This document shows, one piece after another, positions 35,571-45,217 of a DNA stretch of 64,000 bases. The notes below the pieces were generated by a model. The model saw only the letters and a list, made by a program, of their open reading frames with translations, was not told the origin of the DNA and did no database searches. The stretch covers positions 1-64,000 of IMG/VR virus record IMGVR_UViG_3300031456_000001, one strand, 5' to 3'. The stretch comes from a virus. A program made the translations under genes and the position numbers. The first letter of the stretch is position 1. Every line of letters starts with the position of its first letter.

Positions 35571-36092
35571 ATGAGCACCACACACGACCCACCCGCGCAT
35601 CCCGGGGCGGCCACCATCCCGGCCGCCCTGCTCGCCGTGTTCGACGAGCAGGGCTTCGAGAAGTACCAGCTGCTGCGCGACCGGCTCGACGAGGAGCCGA
35701 TGGAGCGCATCCACCGGATGGTCACCGGCACGTACCGGATCAAGCGCCGCCGCAACGGCGACCCCGTACCCGATCAGACCGATCCCACCGGCAACACCCC
35801 GACCCCCGACTACATGTCGTTCCGCAAGATCGCCGTCGAGCTGCAGGAGACGGCCGGTGTCGCCATCTCCTACGAGACGGTGCGCCGCTGGTGGTACCAG
35901 GTGTGGCCGGAGGACCGGGGCCGCGGCTTCGAGGACGGCACCCCGGAGGCTGCGGAACGCATTCAGGCCCGGCTCGCCCGGCTGCACACCGCGCAGGCCG
36001 AGGCGTCGGCCCGGCACACCAACGAGGCGGTGCCCCCGGCGGCGTTCCTCGCCCCCGACGACGCGCCGGCCGCCGCACACCCGCTCGACTGA
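35571..36092 (+). CDS. putative HTH regulator
   Basis: MSFRKIAVELQETAGVAISYETVRRW; leaderless start just after the promoter. Confidence 0.65.
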   Translation: MSTTHDPPAHPGAATIPAALLAVFDEQGFEKYQLLRDRLDEEPMERIHRMVTGTYRIKRRRNGDPVPDQTDPTGNTPTPDYMSFRKIAVELQETAGVAISYETVRRWWYQVWPEDRGRGFEDGTPEAAERIQARLARLHTAQAEASARHTNEAVPPAAFLAPDDAPAAAHPLD

Positions 36093-36117
36093 GCACCCCC
36101 ACCACGAGGAGCAGGCC

Positions 36118-36312
36118 ATGGGCACCAACGACATGCACAAGGGCGCGGACGTCGGGAAGGGCATCGCGGTTGCCGGCATCTGGGTCGGCTGGGCCACGAC
36201 CACCCTCGGCGTCGCGATCGCCTGGGGTCCGACGGCGTCGGGCATGACGCTCGTCATCGCTATTTTCGGTGGGATGATGGCGTTCCTCGGCACGTTCGCG
36301 GTCTACAAGTGA
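36118..36312 (+). CDS. small membrane protein
   Basis: two hydrophobic helices, GAGGAG RBS. Confidence 0.6.
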   Translation: MGTNDMHKGADVGKGIAVAGIWVGWATTTLGVAIAWGPTASGMTLVIAIFGGMMAFLGTFAVYK

Positions 36313-37538
36313 GCGACGGGCGGGAGCCGTACCAGCGGCGCACCAACGACGACGGCTCCAAGTTCTACGAGCACCCCACCCGCACCGAGGAGGTGCCCGG
36401 CCCGGACGGGACCAGCACGATCGTCCGGCCGGCGCGCTACGTGTCGGTGACCACGGCGCTCGGCGTCGTCGACAAGCCGGCGTTGGTGTTCTGGTCGGCG
36501 AACCTGGCTGCGCGCCGGGCCATGCAGAACCTGCCCCGGCTCATCGCCGACGTGTTCAAGGACGACTGCGGCCGGGCCGCCGCCCGCACGGAGCCGCTCG
36601 GCTGCGGCACCTGCTCGGCGTGCACCGAGCGGTGGGTGGCGCTGTTCCACCACGGGGAGAAGGAGCGCCGCGCCCGGGAAGGCTCGGCCACCCACGACAT
36701 CCTGGAGTGGTGGACGAAGACCGGCGAATGGGTGTACCGGCCGCGGGACTCGTGGGGGGAGTACGCGCCGACGCCGGAGGAGATCGCGCCGTACATGCGG
36801 TCCCTGCAGGCGTTCGTCGCCGATTTCGGGCTGACGCCGGAGTCGTGGCTGATCTGCGAGTGCACCGTCTTCCATCACGGTCTGAAGTACGGCGGCACTC
36901 TCGACGGCGTCGTCGTGATCTTTCCGCGGACGAAGGCGTCGGCCGAGTTCTGCGCCCGGATCGCGCACAGCCTCGACATCCCCTGGTCGAAGGTCGTCGC
37001 CGAGGGGATCCGGGTGGTCGTCGACTGCAAGAGCCGGGAGGGCGAGAAGGCCGCGATCTACGTCGAGGCGGTGCTGCAGCTCACCGGGTACCGGTTCGCG
37101 GAGACGATGATCCCGGCGAAGGGCAGCCTCATCGAGATGGCGATGCTGGCCACCGACGGCGCCGTGGTGCTGCAGGTCCGGCCCGACGGCTACACGTTCC
37201 GGCCGGTGCTCGCCGACGGCCGGGCGATGGCTGCGTTCCGGGCGGTGCTGGATCTGCACCGCTGGCACAGCGAGTGGGGTGACTACTCGACGCAGGTGCA
37301 GGCGTTCCCGAAGCCGCCGGACTGGACGTGGGAGCCGCCGACCGTACCCGGGGCAGAGCCGGCGAAGAAGGCGGCGGCGAAGCGCGCGCCGCGCGGTGCG
37401 GCGAAGAAGGCCGCGAAGGCCGCCGCCGACGGCGCGACGGCGGGCCGGCAGCCGTCGGCGACGATCGCGAGCATGGCCGGCAAGATGAGCCAGCCCGGCG
37501 CCCGCCACAGCATCGACGACGGTGCCATTCCGTTCTGA
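36309..37538 (+). CDS. PD-(D/E)xK exonuclease (RecE/Cas4-like)
   Basis: YVSVTT...KPALVFW, GSATH, ECTV, YGGTLD, VVDCKS, LQLTGY; acidic IPF tail. Confidence 0.85.
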   Translation: MSDGREPYQRRTNDDGSKFYEHPTRTEEVPGPDGTSTIVRPARYVSVTTALGVVDKPALVFWSANLAARRAMQNLPRLIADVFKDDCGRAAARTEPLGCGTCSACTERWVALFHHGEKERRAREGSATHDILEWWTKTGEWVYRPRDSWGEYAPTPEEIAPYMRSLQAFVADFGLTPESWLICECTVFHHGLKYGGTLDGVVVIFPRTKASAEFCARIAHSLDIPWSKVVAEGIRVVVDCKSREGEKAAIYVEAVLQLTGYRFAETMIPAKGSLIEMAMLATDGAVVLQVRPDGYTFRPVLADGRAMAAFRAVLDLHRWHSEWGDYSTQVQAFPKPPDWTWEPPTVPGAEPAKKAAAKRAPRGAAKKAAKAAADGATAGRQPSATIASMAGKMSQPGARHSIDDGAIPF

Positions 37539-37586
37539 CACGCCCCATGACATTCTGATACCCTCCGGGCACCACCACGAGAGAGG

Positions 37587-39287
37587 ATGGCGCGTGTGGC
37601 CATCGTGCGCATGATCAGCAGGGACGTCGAGGAGTTCAGGGCGTTCCAGACCCGCAACACCGAAGTTGGCCGGATCCGGATCGGGCAGTTCGTCACGCCG
37701 GAAGGCAAGCGCGGCCGCCCGGTGAAGCTCGACAGGTTCCGGCTGACCAGCCCGACGGAGAACCACATCCGGGTGGCCGCCACCAGGTACGGCGGCACGC
37801 CCCAGCTGTACCAGCCGCAGGGCGGCGGCGCACAGCAGTGGGAGGTGATCACCAAGGCGGACGCGCTGGACGTGTGGATCGTCAACCGGCAGAACATCGA
37901 CCCGGTCTACGAGATGTGGGGCGCGGGCCGCACCTGCACCCGCCGGTGCGACGGCGAGTGGAACACTGTGCTGCAGGAGCCGTGCCTGTGCAACGACCCG
38001 GAGCGCCGCCCGGCAGACCCCCGACAACTGTGCAAGATCACAACTCGGGTGAACGTGATGTTGCCGAAGGTGGCCGGGTTGCACTCGTGGCGTTTCGAGA
38101 CGCACAGCGAGAACGCCGCCGTGGAGATGGCCGCCCCGTCGGTGGCCGGGGTGGTCCGGATTGCGCCGGTGCCGGTTCCGTCGACCCTGCGGCTGCGCCG
38201 GGAGCAGCGCCGGGAGCGCAACCACGAGAAGGGGACCTTCGAGTCGAAGGACTTCTACGTGCCGTGGTTCGACCTGTCCCAGATCGGCGCGCAGGCCCTC
38301 GCCGGGGGCGAGGAGGCGCTGATGGAGGCGCTCACCGGGGCGGGGGCGCCGGAGCTGCTGGCCGACCAGCGGGCGATCGGCACGGCGCCGGTGTCGGTCG
38401 TCCCAGCGCCGGGGCCGCAGCCGGGATCACCCACCGGGCAGCCGCCCCTCGCACCGGACCAGGGGATTGGCGACGAGCTGCGGGCGAAAATCCTGCAGGA
38501 CATCGAAGGTCGCAGCACCGTCGAGGCGCTCATGGAGGTGAAGGCGAAACTGCAGGATCGTGGCATCACCGACGCCGCGGTCCGTGCGGCGTGGCGTTCG
38601 AAGCTCAACGCCATCGAGGCCGCCGCGAAGGCGGTGCTGGCCGACGCGGGCGAACCGGAGCCGGAATACGCGGTCGGCGACACGGTCACCGTCGGCGGCG
38701 TCGAGTTCACGAAGATCTCCGACGACCCGTTCCCGCCGATGGATGACTCTCCACTCGCCCGGGCGATCCGCGGGGAAACCCCGGACCCGGACGCGCTGGC
38801 CCGGGACATGGCGCTCACGGGCGGCCGGGCCTTCTTCGACGACGAGCTGCCCCAGTACGACGAGGCGGTCAGTCGTGGCGCCACGCACACCACGATCGTC
38901 GAGGCGGGTGGGCCGGTGCACTGGCTGGCCACCGACGACCAGGCCCGCGCAACGGCGCAGATCGAGGCCGAGATCGCCCACGAGATGCAGCGCGCCGAGG
39001 ACGAGGAACGCCAGGCCGCCGCGGCGCCGGTCGAAGACCCGTGGGCCGAGGCCGTCGAAGGCACCGTCGTCGGCGACGACGGCCTGCCGGCGCTGCCGCC
39101 GGGCAGCTACACCTTCAACGACGAGTTGCCGAAGCTCATGGCCATCGCGGGCCGGCGCACCCCGCCGCTGACCACGGGCGGGGTCCGCGACGTCCTCATC
39201 GCCGCGTTCAGCCTGGCGAAGGCCAGTGACGCCACCGGCTACCAGGTCGCCCAGATCACGGAGGCCATGAAGCGCGGCATCCTGTGA
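37587..39287 (+). CDS. Gp3-like (recombination directionality factor-like) protein with long C-terminal extension
   Basis: GRIRIG...RPVKLDRFRLTS...RRCDG...PCLC...CKITTRVNV...ETHSENAAVE. Confidence 0.75.
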   Translation: MARVAIVRMISRDVEEFRAFQTRNTEVGRIRIGQFVTPEGKRGRPVKLDRFRLTSPTENHIRVAATRYGGTPQLYQPQGGGAQQWEVITKADALDVWIVNRQNIDPVYEMWGAGRTCTRRCDGEWNTVLQEPCLCNDPERRPADPRQLCKITTRVNVMLPKVAGLHSWRFETHSENAAVEMAAPSVAGVVRIAPVPVPSTLRLRREQRRERNHEKGTFESKDFYVPWFDLSQIGAQALAGGEEALMEALTGAGAPELLADQRAIGTAPVSVVPAPGPQPGSPTGQPPLAPDQGIGDELRAKILQDIEGRSTVEALMEVKAKLQDRGITDAAVRAAWRSKLNAIEAAAKAVLADAGEPEPEYAVGDTVTVGGVEFTKISDDPFPPMDDSPLARAIRGETPDPDALARDMALTGGRAFFDDELPQYDEAVSRGATHTTIVEAGGPVHWLATDDQARATAQIEAEIAHEMQRAEDEERQAAAAPVEDPWAEAVEGTVVGDDGLPALPPGSYTFNDELPKLMAIAGRRTPPLTTGGVRDVLIAAFSLAKASDATGYQVAQITEAMKRGIL

Positions 39288-39598
39288 GGCCGCAGGTGCC
39301 GGTGGTGCCGTGCGAGCACGGGCGCTGCCGCCGGAAGGTGTTCCCGGCCCGGATGCTCAAGGCCCGCGGCGCGCCGGTGGATGTGGTGCTCGACGCGACC
39401 CCGTCGACCTGGGCGGAGGGCGCCCGGATCAAGCTGGCCGGCGTCAACTCGATGGGCCAGCAACTCGCGGAGAAGCTGACGCAGGCCCAGATCCACAAGG
39501 CGTTCGCCGTCAAGGAGATGTACGTGCCACATGAGCAGGTGTGCCAGGTGGCGCAGAAGCGGGCCGGCGCGAAGAAGAAGGACGGCACGCATGCCTAG
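39284..39598 (+). CDS. hypothetical protein
   Basis: coupled to neighbours; Cys/His ligands. Confidence 0.6.
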   Translation: MRPQVPVVPCEHGRCRRKVFPARMLKARGAPVDVVLDATPSTWAEGARIKLAGVNSMGQQLAEKLTQAQIHKAFAVKEMYVPHEQVCQVAQKRAGAKKKDGTHA

Positions 39599-40373
39599 CG
39601 TCCCCTGGCATCTCGGCCCACTGTCCATGCTGGACTTCGAAACGACCGGGATCGATACCCGTGAGGCCCGGATCGTCACCGGCCATTTCGGCACGGTGCT
39701 CGGTCGCGACGGCGGGCGCCGCCCCGCCTCCAGGCCCGTCGACCTGCTCGTCAACCCGGGCGTGCCCATCCCCGTGGGGGCAACCGAGGTGCACGGCATC
39801 ACCAACGAGATGGCGCAGGTGAAAGGCGTGGATCCGCGTGATGCGGTCAACACCTACGCCAAGGAGATTTCCCGGTCCCTCATCGCCCGCATTCCAGTGA
39901 CCGGCTTCAATATAGCATATGATCTGTCCCTCTTATACTGGGAGTGCCTGCGCTGGGACGTGCCGACGGTGGCGGAGCGGATGGGCCTGCCTCCCTCGTC
40001 GGCGTTCGGGCCGATCATCGACGCCTACGTGCTCGACATGCACGTCGACCAGTGGCGGAAGGGCTCCCGGAAGCTCGACGACACCTTCTTGAAAGGTCCG
40101 GGGGTGGCCACCCACTACGGGGTGCCGCTCACCGCGGCGCACACCGCCGATGCCGACGCCATGGCTTCGGTGCGGGTGGCGGTGCGCATCGCCGAGAAGT
40201 ACCCGGACGAGATCCCCACCGACGCTGTTGTCCTGCACCGGCTGCAGAAACTGTGGCGGGCCGACCAGGCGTCCAGCCTACAGCGGTACTTCCGCACCAA
40301 GGGCCGCAAGCCAGACGCTTACGTCGATCCATGCTGGCCCCTGTGCACCGACCTCACACATCCGTCCGGTTGA
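39591..40373 (+). CDS. DnaQ-like DEDDh 3'-5' exonuclease
   Basis: LDFETTG, VHGIT, FNIAYD, AHTADADA. Confidence 0.92.
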   Translation: MPSVPWHLGPLSMLDFETTGIDTREARIVTGHFGTVLGRDGGRRPASRPVDLLVNPGVPIPVGATEVHGITNEMAQVKGVDPRDAVNTYAKEISRSLIARIPVTGFNIAYDLSLLYWECLRWDVPTVAERMGLPPSSAFGPIIDAYVLDMHVDQWRKGSRKLDDTFLKGPGVATHYGVPLTAAHTADADAMASVRVAVRIAEKYPDEIPTDAVVLHRLQKLWRADQASSLQRYFRTKGRKPDAYVDPCWPLCTDLTHPSG

Positions 40374-40575
40374 CGACCATCCATCCCCTCCCACATCGGA
40401 CCGGACCACACCGACGACCCATCCCGAGACCGGACCTCCCCCGCAGCCGACCGTTACGACGATCCTGGATAGCCCGATCCCAGCCCATCCGACAAACCCC
40501 GTCGACCCGCCTGCGGCACGGTGCACATCGACTTACCAATCCTTCCGCCGCCCGCATCGACTTACCACGGACAGG
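40372..40575 (+). repeat. CGAC-(pentamer)n periodic tract D
   Basis: CGAC CATCC ATCCC CTCCC ACATC GGACC GGACC ACAC; CATCGACTTACCA present twice. Confidence 0.8.
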
Positions 40576-40584
40576 AGTTCCACC

Positions 40585-40938
40585 ATGAGCGGACCGAAGC
40601 CGGTCAAGCTGCTCGCCAAACTGCCGAAAGAGTCCAGGCTCAACGGCCTGGAGTCGGTACACGACCAGCTGGCCAGGTTCGGCACGGCGACGATCGTCAT
40701 GACCGTGTCGACGAAGCTGGTCGAGCGGCACGCGGGCGACGTCCTGCAGCCGGTCATGCAGATCGAGCACGTCGAGGGCCTGCCGGCCGGCGCGCTCGCC
40801 AAGGCGGGCGAGCAGCTGATGACGCAGGCCCGCATCGCCCGCCTCGGCGGCGAGGAGGAGGCCCTGCCGCCGGAAGTCGTCGACTTCGGCCAGCCGGATG
40901 ACGACAACGACGATCCTGAGCCATACCAGGTTGATTGA
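40585..40938 (+). CDS. hypothetical protein
   Basis: AGGAG RBS after tract D. Confidence 0.65.
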   Translation: MSGPKPVKLLAKLPKESRLNGLESVHDQLARFGTATIVMTVSTKLVERHAGDVLQPVMQIEHVEGLPAGALAKAGEQLMTQARIARLGGEEEALPPEVVDFGQPDDDNDDPEPYQVD

Positions 40939-40968
40939 CACGCTGCGTGACATCTGATGTGATGTCCG

Positions 40969-41130
40969 CCGACGGACCGGACCGTAACGGCAGCGCCCCC
41001 TACCCGACGACCCCGCACGCAACCGTCCCACCTGGACCAGAACGACGCACCATAACGCGCCATTCCCGGCCTCAAACGACGAACCAAGCCTGAACCTGCA
41101 TCACCTGCACCACCTGCACCACCTGCACGG
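40969..41130 (+). repeat. CGAC-(pentamer)n periodic tract E
   Basis: CGAC GGACC GGACC GTAAC...; CGAC GCACC ATAAC GCGCC ATTCC CGGCC; starts just after promoter TTGACA-N17-TGTGAT. Confidence 0.8.
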
Positions 41131-41159
41131 ACTGTAGAGCGAGTGAAGAGGAGCAGCAC

Positions 41160-41690
41160 GTGAACGAGCCCATCACCACGGTTGTCGGCAACATCACCGA
41201 GGCGCCGGAGCTGCGGTTCACCCCGTCCGGGGTGGCCGTCGCCAAGTTCCGGATCCTGCAGACCCCCCGGCGCAAGAACGCCGCGGGCGAGTACGAGGAC
41301 GGCGATCCGTTCGGCGTCAACGTCACCGTGTGGCGCGAGCTGGCCGAGAACCTCGCGGCCTGCGAACTGCAGAAGGGCGCCCGGCTGATCGTGTTCGGCC
41401 GGCTCAGCATGCGCCAGTACGAAGACAAGGAAGGCAACAAGCGCACCAGCTTCGACATGGACGCCGATGCGGTCGGCCCCGACCTGCGCTTCGCCACCGT
41501 CGTGTTGACGAAGACCAGCAAGGGCGGCGGCGGTGGCGGCGTCGGCCGTGGTGACGAGGAGTGGGCCAGCGCCAGCAAGACCCGCCCCGCCGGATCCCCG
41601 GCAGCGGCCGCAGCGGCCGGAGCGAACGTCACCGGCGGCGGGGGCACCCCGGCCGGGCAGGCGGCAACCCCGCCGTCCGACGGCTGGTGA
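41160..41690 (+). CDS. ssb: single-stranded DNA-binding protein
   Basis: ITTVVGNIT..PELRFTPSGVAVAKF, VWRELAEN, VGPDLRFAT, Gly-rich tail. Confidence 0.95.
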   Translation: MNEPITTVVGNITEAPELRFTPSGVAVAKFRILQTPRRKNAAGEYEDGDPFGVNVTVWRELAENLAACELQKGARLIVFGRLSMRQYEDKEGNKRTSFDMDADAVGPDLRFATVVLTKTSKGGGGGGVGRGDEEWASASKTRPAGSPAAAAAAGANVTGGGGTPAGQAATPPSDGW

Positions 41691-42031
41691 TCCGCCACAA
41701 CCCGCTCGGGCCGCGGTTCCCGGTCATCTGGGGCCGCACGGCCGACATGGGCGACCACCCGGATCGGCTGCACTGTTTCGCCTGCAGCCATGAACTGCCG
41801 GTCCGGGCCGCCGTCCAGTGCGGGGAATGCGCCCACGCCTGGCGGTGGGGGTGGCTGCTCAGCCTGCGTCACGTGTGGCTCGACGTGCGGCGCGGGCCGC
41901 ACCTGAACGACGGGTGGGGCACCAGGGCGCCATGGTGGCGGCTCGACCGCTGGGTGGCGCTCCTGCCCTACGTCCACCCCAGGCGGCCGTCGCACATCTG
42001 GACGTGCCCCTGCTGCGCGCACGACCTTTGA
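41687..42031 (+). CDS. Cys/Trp-rich hypothetical protein
   Basis: GTGA overlap with ssb; CGEC, CPCC. Confidence 0.55.
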   Translation: MIRHNPLGPRFPVIWGRTADMGDHPDRLHCFACSHELPVRAAVQCGECAHAWRWGWLLSLRHVWLDVRRGPHLNDGWGTRAPWWRLDRWVALLPYVHPRRPSHIWTCPCCAHDL

Positions 42032-42091
42032 GATCATGGCCCGGGATGCCGTCGGACGCATCCCGGGCCGCTCCGACCGGCTGGAGGACGC

Positions 42092-43270
42092 ATGACGACC
42101 GAGCTGACCACGGGGGCGCTCGTCGGGCAGGTGCGCGCCTCCGAATCCCCGGCCCGGCCGCTCAAGATCTTCATGTGGGCGGCGAGCATGGTCGACGGGA
42201 CCTGGATATACCGCCTCGACATGCCGGCTCGGGAGCTGCGCCGGCTCGGCCACGAGGTGCAGATCTCCAGCACGATGAGCGCCTGGGCCCGCGACGAGGC
42301 CGACATCATCGTCGGGCAGCGGGTCTTCCAGGACCTGCCGTCGCGGATGTGGCAGCTGCTCTGCGAGGAGCGGCGGGCGTCCGGCCGTGGCGGCATGGTG
42401 TTCGAACTGGACGACGACCTGATCAACATCGACCCGAAGACCAACCCGCTCGCCCTGCGGTTCCGGCACCCACGGGTCCAGGAAAACCTGAAGATCAACC
42501 TGCGTGCCGCCAACGGGGTCACCGTCTCCACGGAGCCGCTGGCCGCGGTGGTCAGGAAGGTGCGCCGCGGCGATCCGGCGGAGGTGCACGTCGTGCCCAA
42601 CGCGGTGCGCGCCGAGACGTTCGCCGTCACGAAGACCGCGGACCGCACCTACCTGACCATGTACGGCTGGCAGGGTTCCAGCACGCACGGTGCGGACTGG
42701 CGGGTGGCCCGTGACGCGGTGGCGTTGGTGCTCGCCGAGGATGCGATCCGGCTGCGGTTCCTCGGCACCGCCCACCTGGAGGGCCTGCCCCTGACCGCTG
42801 TGCAGCGGGGCCGGAGCCGGGTCGACGCCAAGCCGTGGACCACCGACATCGACGAGCACTACCGGCGGGTAGCCGAGTTCGACGTCAGCCTGGCCCCGCT
42901 GGCCAACACGCCGTTCAACCGGAGCAAGAGCGCCCTGCGAGCGCAGGAGAGCCTTGCTCTCGGTGTGCCGGTCGTCGCCTCCGACGTGCCCTCCTACCGC
43001 GGCTGGGTCACCGACGGCGTCACCGGCTTCATCGTGCCCGCCTCGACCGGTAAGTGGGTGCGGGCGATGCGGGCGCTGCAGGACCCGGCGTTGCGCGCCG
43101 AGATGGGCGCTGCGGGCCGGGAGGCCGCGAAAGCCTGGTCGATCGAAGTTCTCGTCCATCGCTGGCTCGACGTCTACTACTCGCTGCTGCCCGACTTGTC
43201 AGCCCGGCTCAACACGCAACAGACCGACGCGCCTGACCATCCTGTATCCGGGCCGACGGCCCATGCCTGA
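42092..43270 (+). CDS. GT-B (family 4-like) glycosyltransferase
   Basis: YR...P, ELDDD, STEPL, VVPN, LAPLANTPFNRSKS, GVPVVASD. Confidence 0.88.
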   Translation: MTTELTTGALVGQVRASESPARPLKIFMWAASMVDGTWIYRLDMPARELRRLGHEVQISSTMSAWARDEADIIVGQRVFQDLPSRMWQLLCEERRASGRGGMVFELDDDLINIDPKTNPLALRFRHPRVQENLKINLRAANGVTVSTEPLAAVVRKVRRGDPAEVHVVPNAVRAETFAVTKTADRTYLTMYGWQGSSTHGADWRVARDAVALVLAEDAIRLRFLGTAHLEGLPLTAVQRGRSRVDAKPWTTDIDEHYRRVAEFDVSLAPLANTPFNRSKSALRAQESLALGVPVVASDVPSYRGWVTDGVTGFIVPASTGKWVRAMRALQDPALRAEMGAAGREAAKAWSIEVLVHRWLDVYYSLLPDLSARLNTQQTDAPDHPVSGPTAHA

Positions 43271-43455
43271 ACGAATATCGCCACAGCTGTCCCGACCGCC
43301 CCCCGTACGACGGCCCACCGCTGGCCGCCGCCACGCCCTCCCCGACCTCTGGCCGACCTTCCTGCACGCGACCATCCCACTCGGCTTGCCGACTGACCCG
43401 CCCGTGGCTGAGCTGTCCGACAGGCCAGTCCCCCACCATCCACCCCCCACCCCGA
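43191..43455 (+). repeat. CGAC-(pentamer)n periodic tract F
   Basis: CGAC TTGTC AGCCC GGCTC AACAC GCAAC; CGAC GGCCC ATGCC TGAAC; about 10 CGAC motifs, ending at GAGGAG RBS. Confidence 0.78.
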
Positions 43456-43463
43456 GGAGTCCG

Positions 43464-44195
43464 ATGATCGACATTCCGCGCCTGGCGGTGGTCAGCACGC
43501 ACAACCGCCCGGCCGAGCTGGCCCGGCTGCTCACCGCGATCACACCGCAGTGCCACAAGGTGTTCGTGGTCGACAACGCCAGTGACCCGCCGGTGGTGTT
43601 CCCGTCGGGCCGGCTGTACGGCCCGGGGATGCCGGACCCGGAGGTGCCGGGCACCTGTCTGATCACGCGGGTCGAGGTGATCCGGGACGAGGAGCAGCCG
43701 CCGAACCTGAGCAGGCTGTGGAACGTCGGTATCGACGCGGCCCGCGACTACGTGCGCGGCGGCGACTACATCGGCCACGACGTGGCGATCCTCAACGACG
43801 ACGCGGTGCCGCCGCCGGGCTGGTGGGATGCCGTGTCCGGGGCGATGCGCGGCGCCGGCGCGATGGCCGGGTCGTCCAGCCCGTTCGACACCGCACCGGG
43901 CGTGGTTCAGCACTGGGGCTCGGGGATACCGATGTCGGTGGCGACCCGGCTGACCGGTTGGGCGATGCTGCTGCGCGGCGAGTGGGAGGGCGCCCGGTTC
44001 GACGAGCGGCTGCGGTGGTGGTACGGCGAGGATGACCTTTCGTTCCGCGCCCGGCTGGCGGGGGGCATCGTGCACGTCGGCGGATTCCCGGTGCCGAACA
44101 CCGGCGCGAACACCAGCACCGTCGGCGTGCTGGCCGAGCAGGCCGGGCGGGACCGGGCGATGTTCGTGCACATCCACGGACGGCAGCCGTGGTGA
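43464..44195 (+). CDS. family 2 glycosyltransferase
   Basis: VVSTHNR, VVDNAS, WNVG, LNDD, FDE...WWYGEDD. Confidence 0.85.
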   Translation: MIDIPRLAVVSTHNRPAELARLLTAITPQCHKVFVVDNASDPPVVFPSGRLYGPGMPDPEVPGTCLITRVEVIRDEEQPPNLSRLWNVGIDAARDYVRGGDYIGHDVAILNDDAVPPPGWWDAVSGAMRGAGAMAGSSSPFDTAPGVVQHWGSGIPMSVATRLTGWAMLLRGEWEGARFDERLRWWYGEDDLSFRARLAGGIVHVGGFPVPNTGANTSTVGVLAEQAGRDRAMFVHIHGRQPW

Positions 44196-44521
44196 CCGAG
44201 GTGCCGGATCCGGCGGCGCGTAACGTGTTCAGGCTGCTAGCGCTGGACACCGCGGAACGGGGCACCGTCCGCAGCTACCTGACGGAGCTGCTGTGCGCGC
44301 TCTGGCTCTACGAGGCCGACGCCAAGTACGGCGTGACCGGCGAGTCCGACTGGCGGTACGACATCTACGAGCCGATGCAGCGGGCCGGGCTCATCCCGGC
44401 ATGGCGCGACGGTTACGGGGTCGGCTATCGGATCGACGACAGTCGACATCCCGAGGATCGGCAGCACGCCGATGCGCTGATCTGCGCGGCGATCCGGCAC
44501 ATGACAGGAGAACCCCGGTGA
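44189..44521 (+). CDS. hypothetical protein
   Basis: TVRSYLTELL..LW...GESDWRYDIY. Confidence 0.6.
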   Translation: MVTEVPDPAARNVFRLLALDTAERGTVRSYLTELLCALWLYEADAKYGVTGESDWRYDIYEPMQRAGLIPAWRDGYGVGYRIDDSRHPEDRQHADALICAAIRHMTGEPR

Positions 44522-45213
44522 ACTACGGTGCACGGCACGATTTTCTGCGCAGCCTGCACGAGCTGCTGCGCCCGGCCACCTACCTGGAGATCGGCGTGCA
44601 GACCGGCCGGTCCCTGGCCCTGGCCATTCCGCCGACCAAGGCAATTGCCGTCGATCCGGAGCCGCAGATCTCGGTGCCGATCACGGTGCCGTACGCGCTG
44701 TACCCGATGACCTCCGACAAATATTTCCACGTTGATGAGATCACCGGCATCACTCCATCCGCCCACGGCCCGATCGACCTGGCGTTCATCGACGGCATGC
44801 ACCTGTTCGAATACGCCCTGCGCGACTTCATGGGCGTCGAGCGGCACGCCCGGCCCGACGGGCGCACCGTGGCCGTGTTCGACGACGTGCTGCCCTACTC
44901 CCCGGACATCGCCGGGCGCACCCCGCTGCCCGGCGACTGGGCCGGCGACGTGTGGAAGATCGTCAACGCGTTGCAGAGCACCCGCGCCGACCTGCGGTTC
45001 ATCCTGGTCGACGTCGACCCGACCGGCGTGCTCGTGGTGTTGAACCTCGACCCGGCCAGTACCACACTGTCCGCCGTGTACGAGCACCTGCACGCCATCT
45101 ACGCCAACGACCAGGAGCAGCTCCCGGCGCACCAGCTGAACCGCGACTACGCAGCACAGCCCGATCGGGCCCTCGACCTCATCCGCCAGCACCTGAACAT
45201 CACGGAGGCATAG
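44518..45213 (+). CDS. class I SAM-dependent methyltransferase
   Basis: YLEIGVQTG, IDLAFIDGMH, VFDD, WAGDVWK. Confidence 0.88.
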   Translation: MNYGARHDFLRSLHELLRPATYLEIGVQTGRSLALAIPPTKAIAVDPEPQISVPITVPYALYPMTSDKYFHVDEITGITPSAHGPIDLAFIDGMHLFEYALRDFMGVERHARPDGRTVAVFDDVLPYSPDIAGRTPLPGDWAGDVWKIVNALQSTRADLRFILVDVDPTGVLVVLNLDPASTTLSAVYEHLHAIYANDQEQLPAHQLNRDYAAQPDRALDLIRQHLNITEA

Positions 45214-45217
45214 AAGC

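Noticed and set aside
36309-37538. Cas4 as an adaptation partner of the RAMP protein
   Set aside because: It is an ordinary phage PD-(D/E)xK recombination exonuclease in a replication operon 23 kb away; no evidence links it to the arrays.
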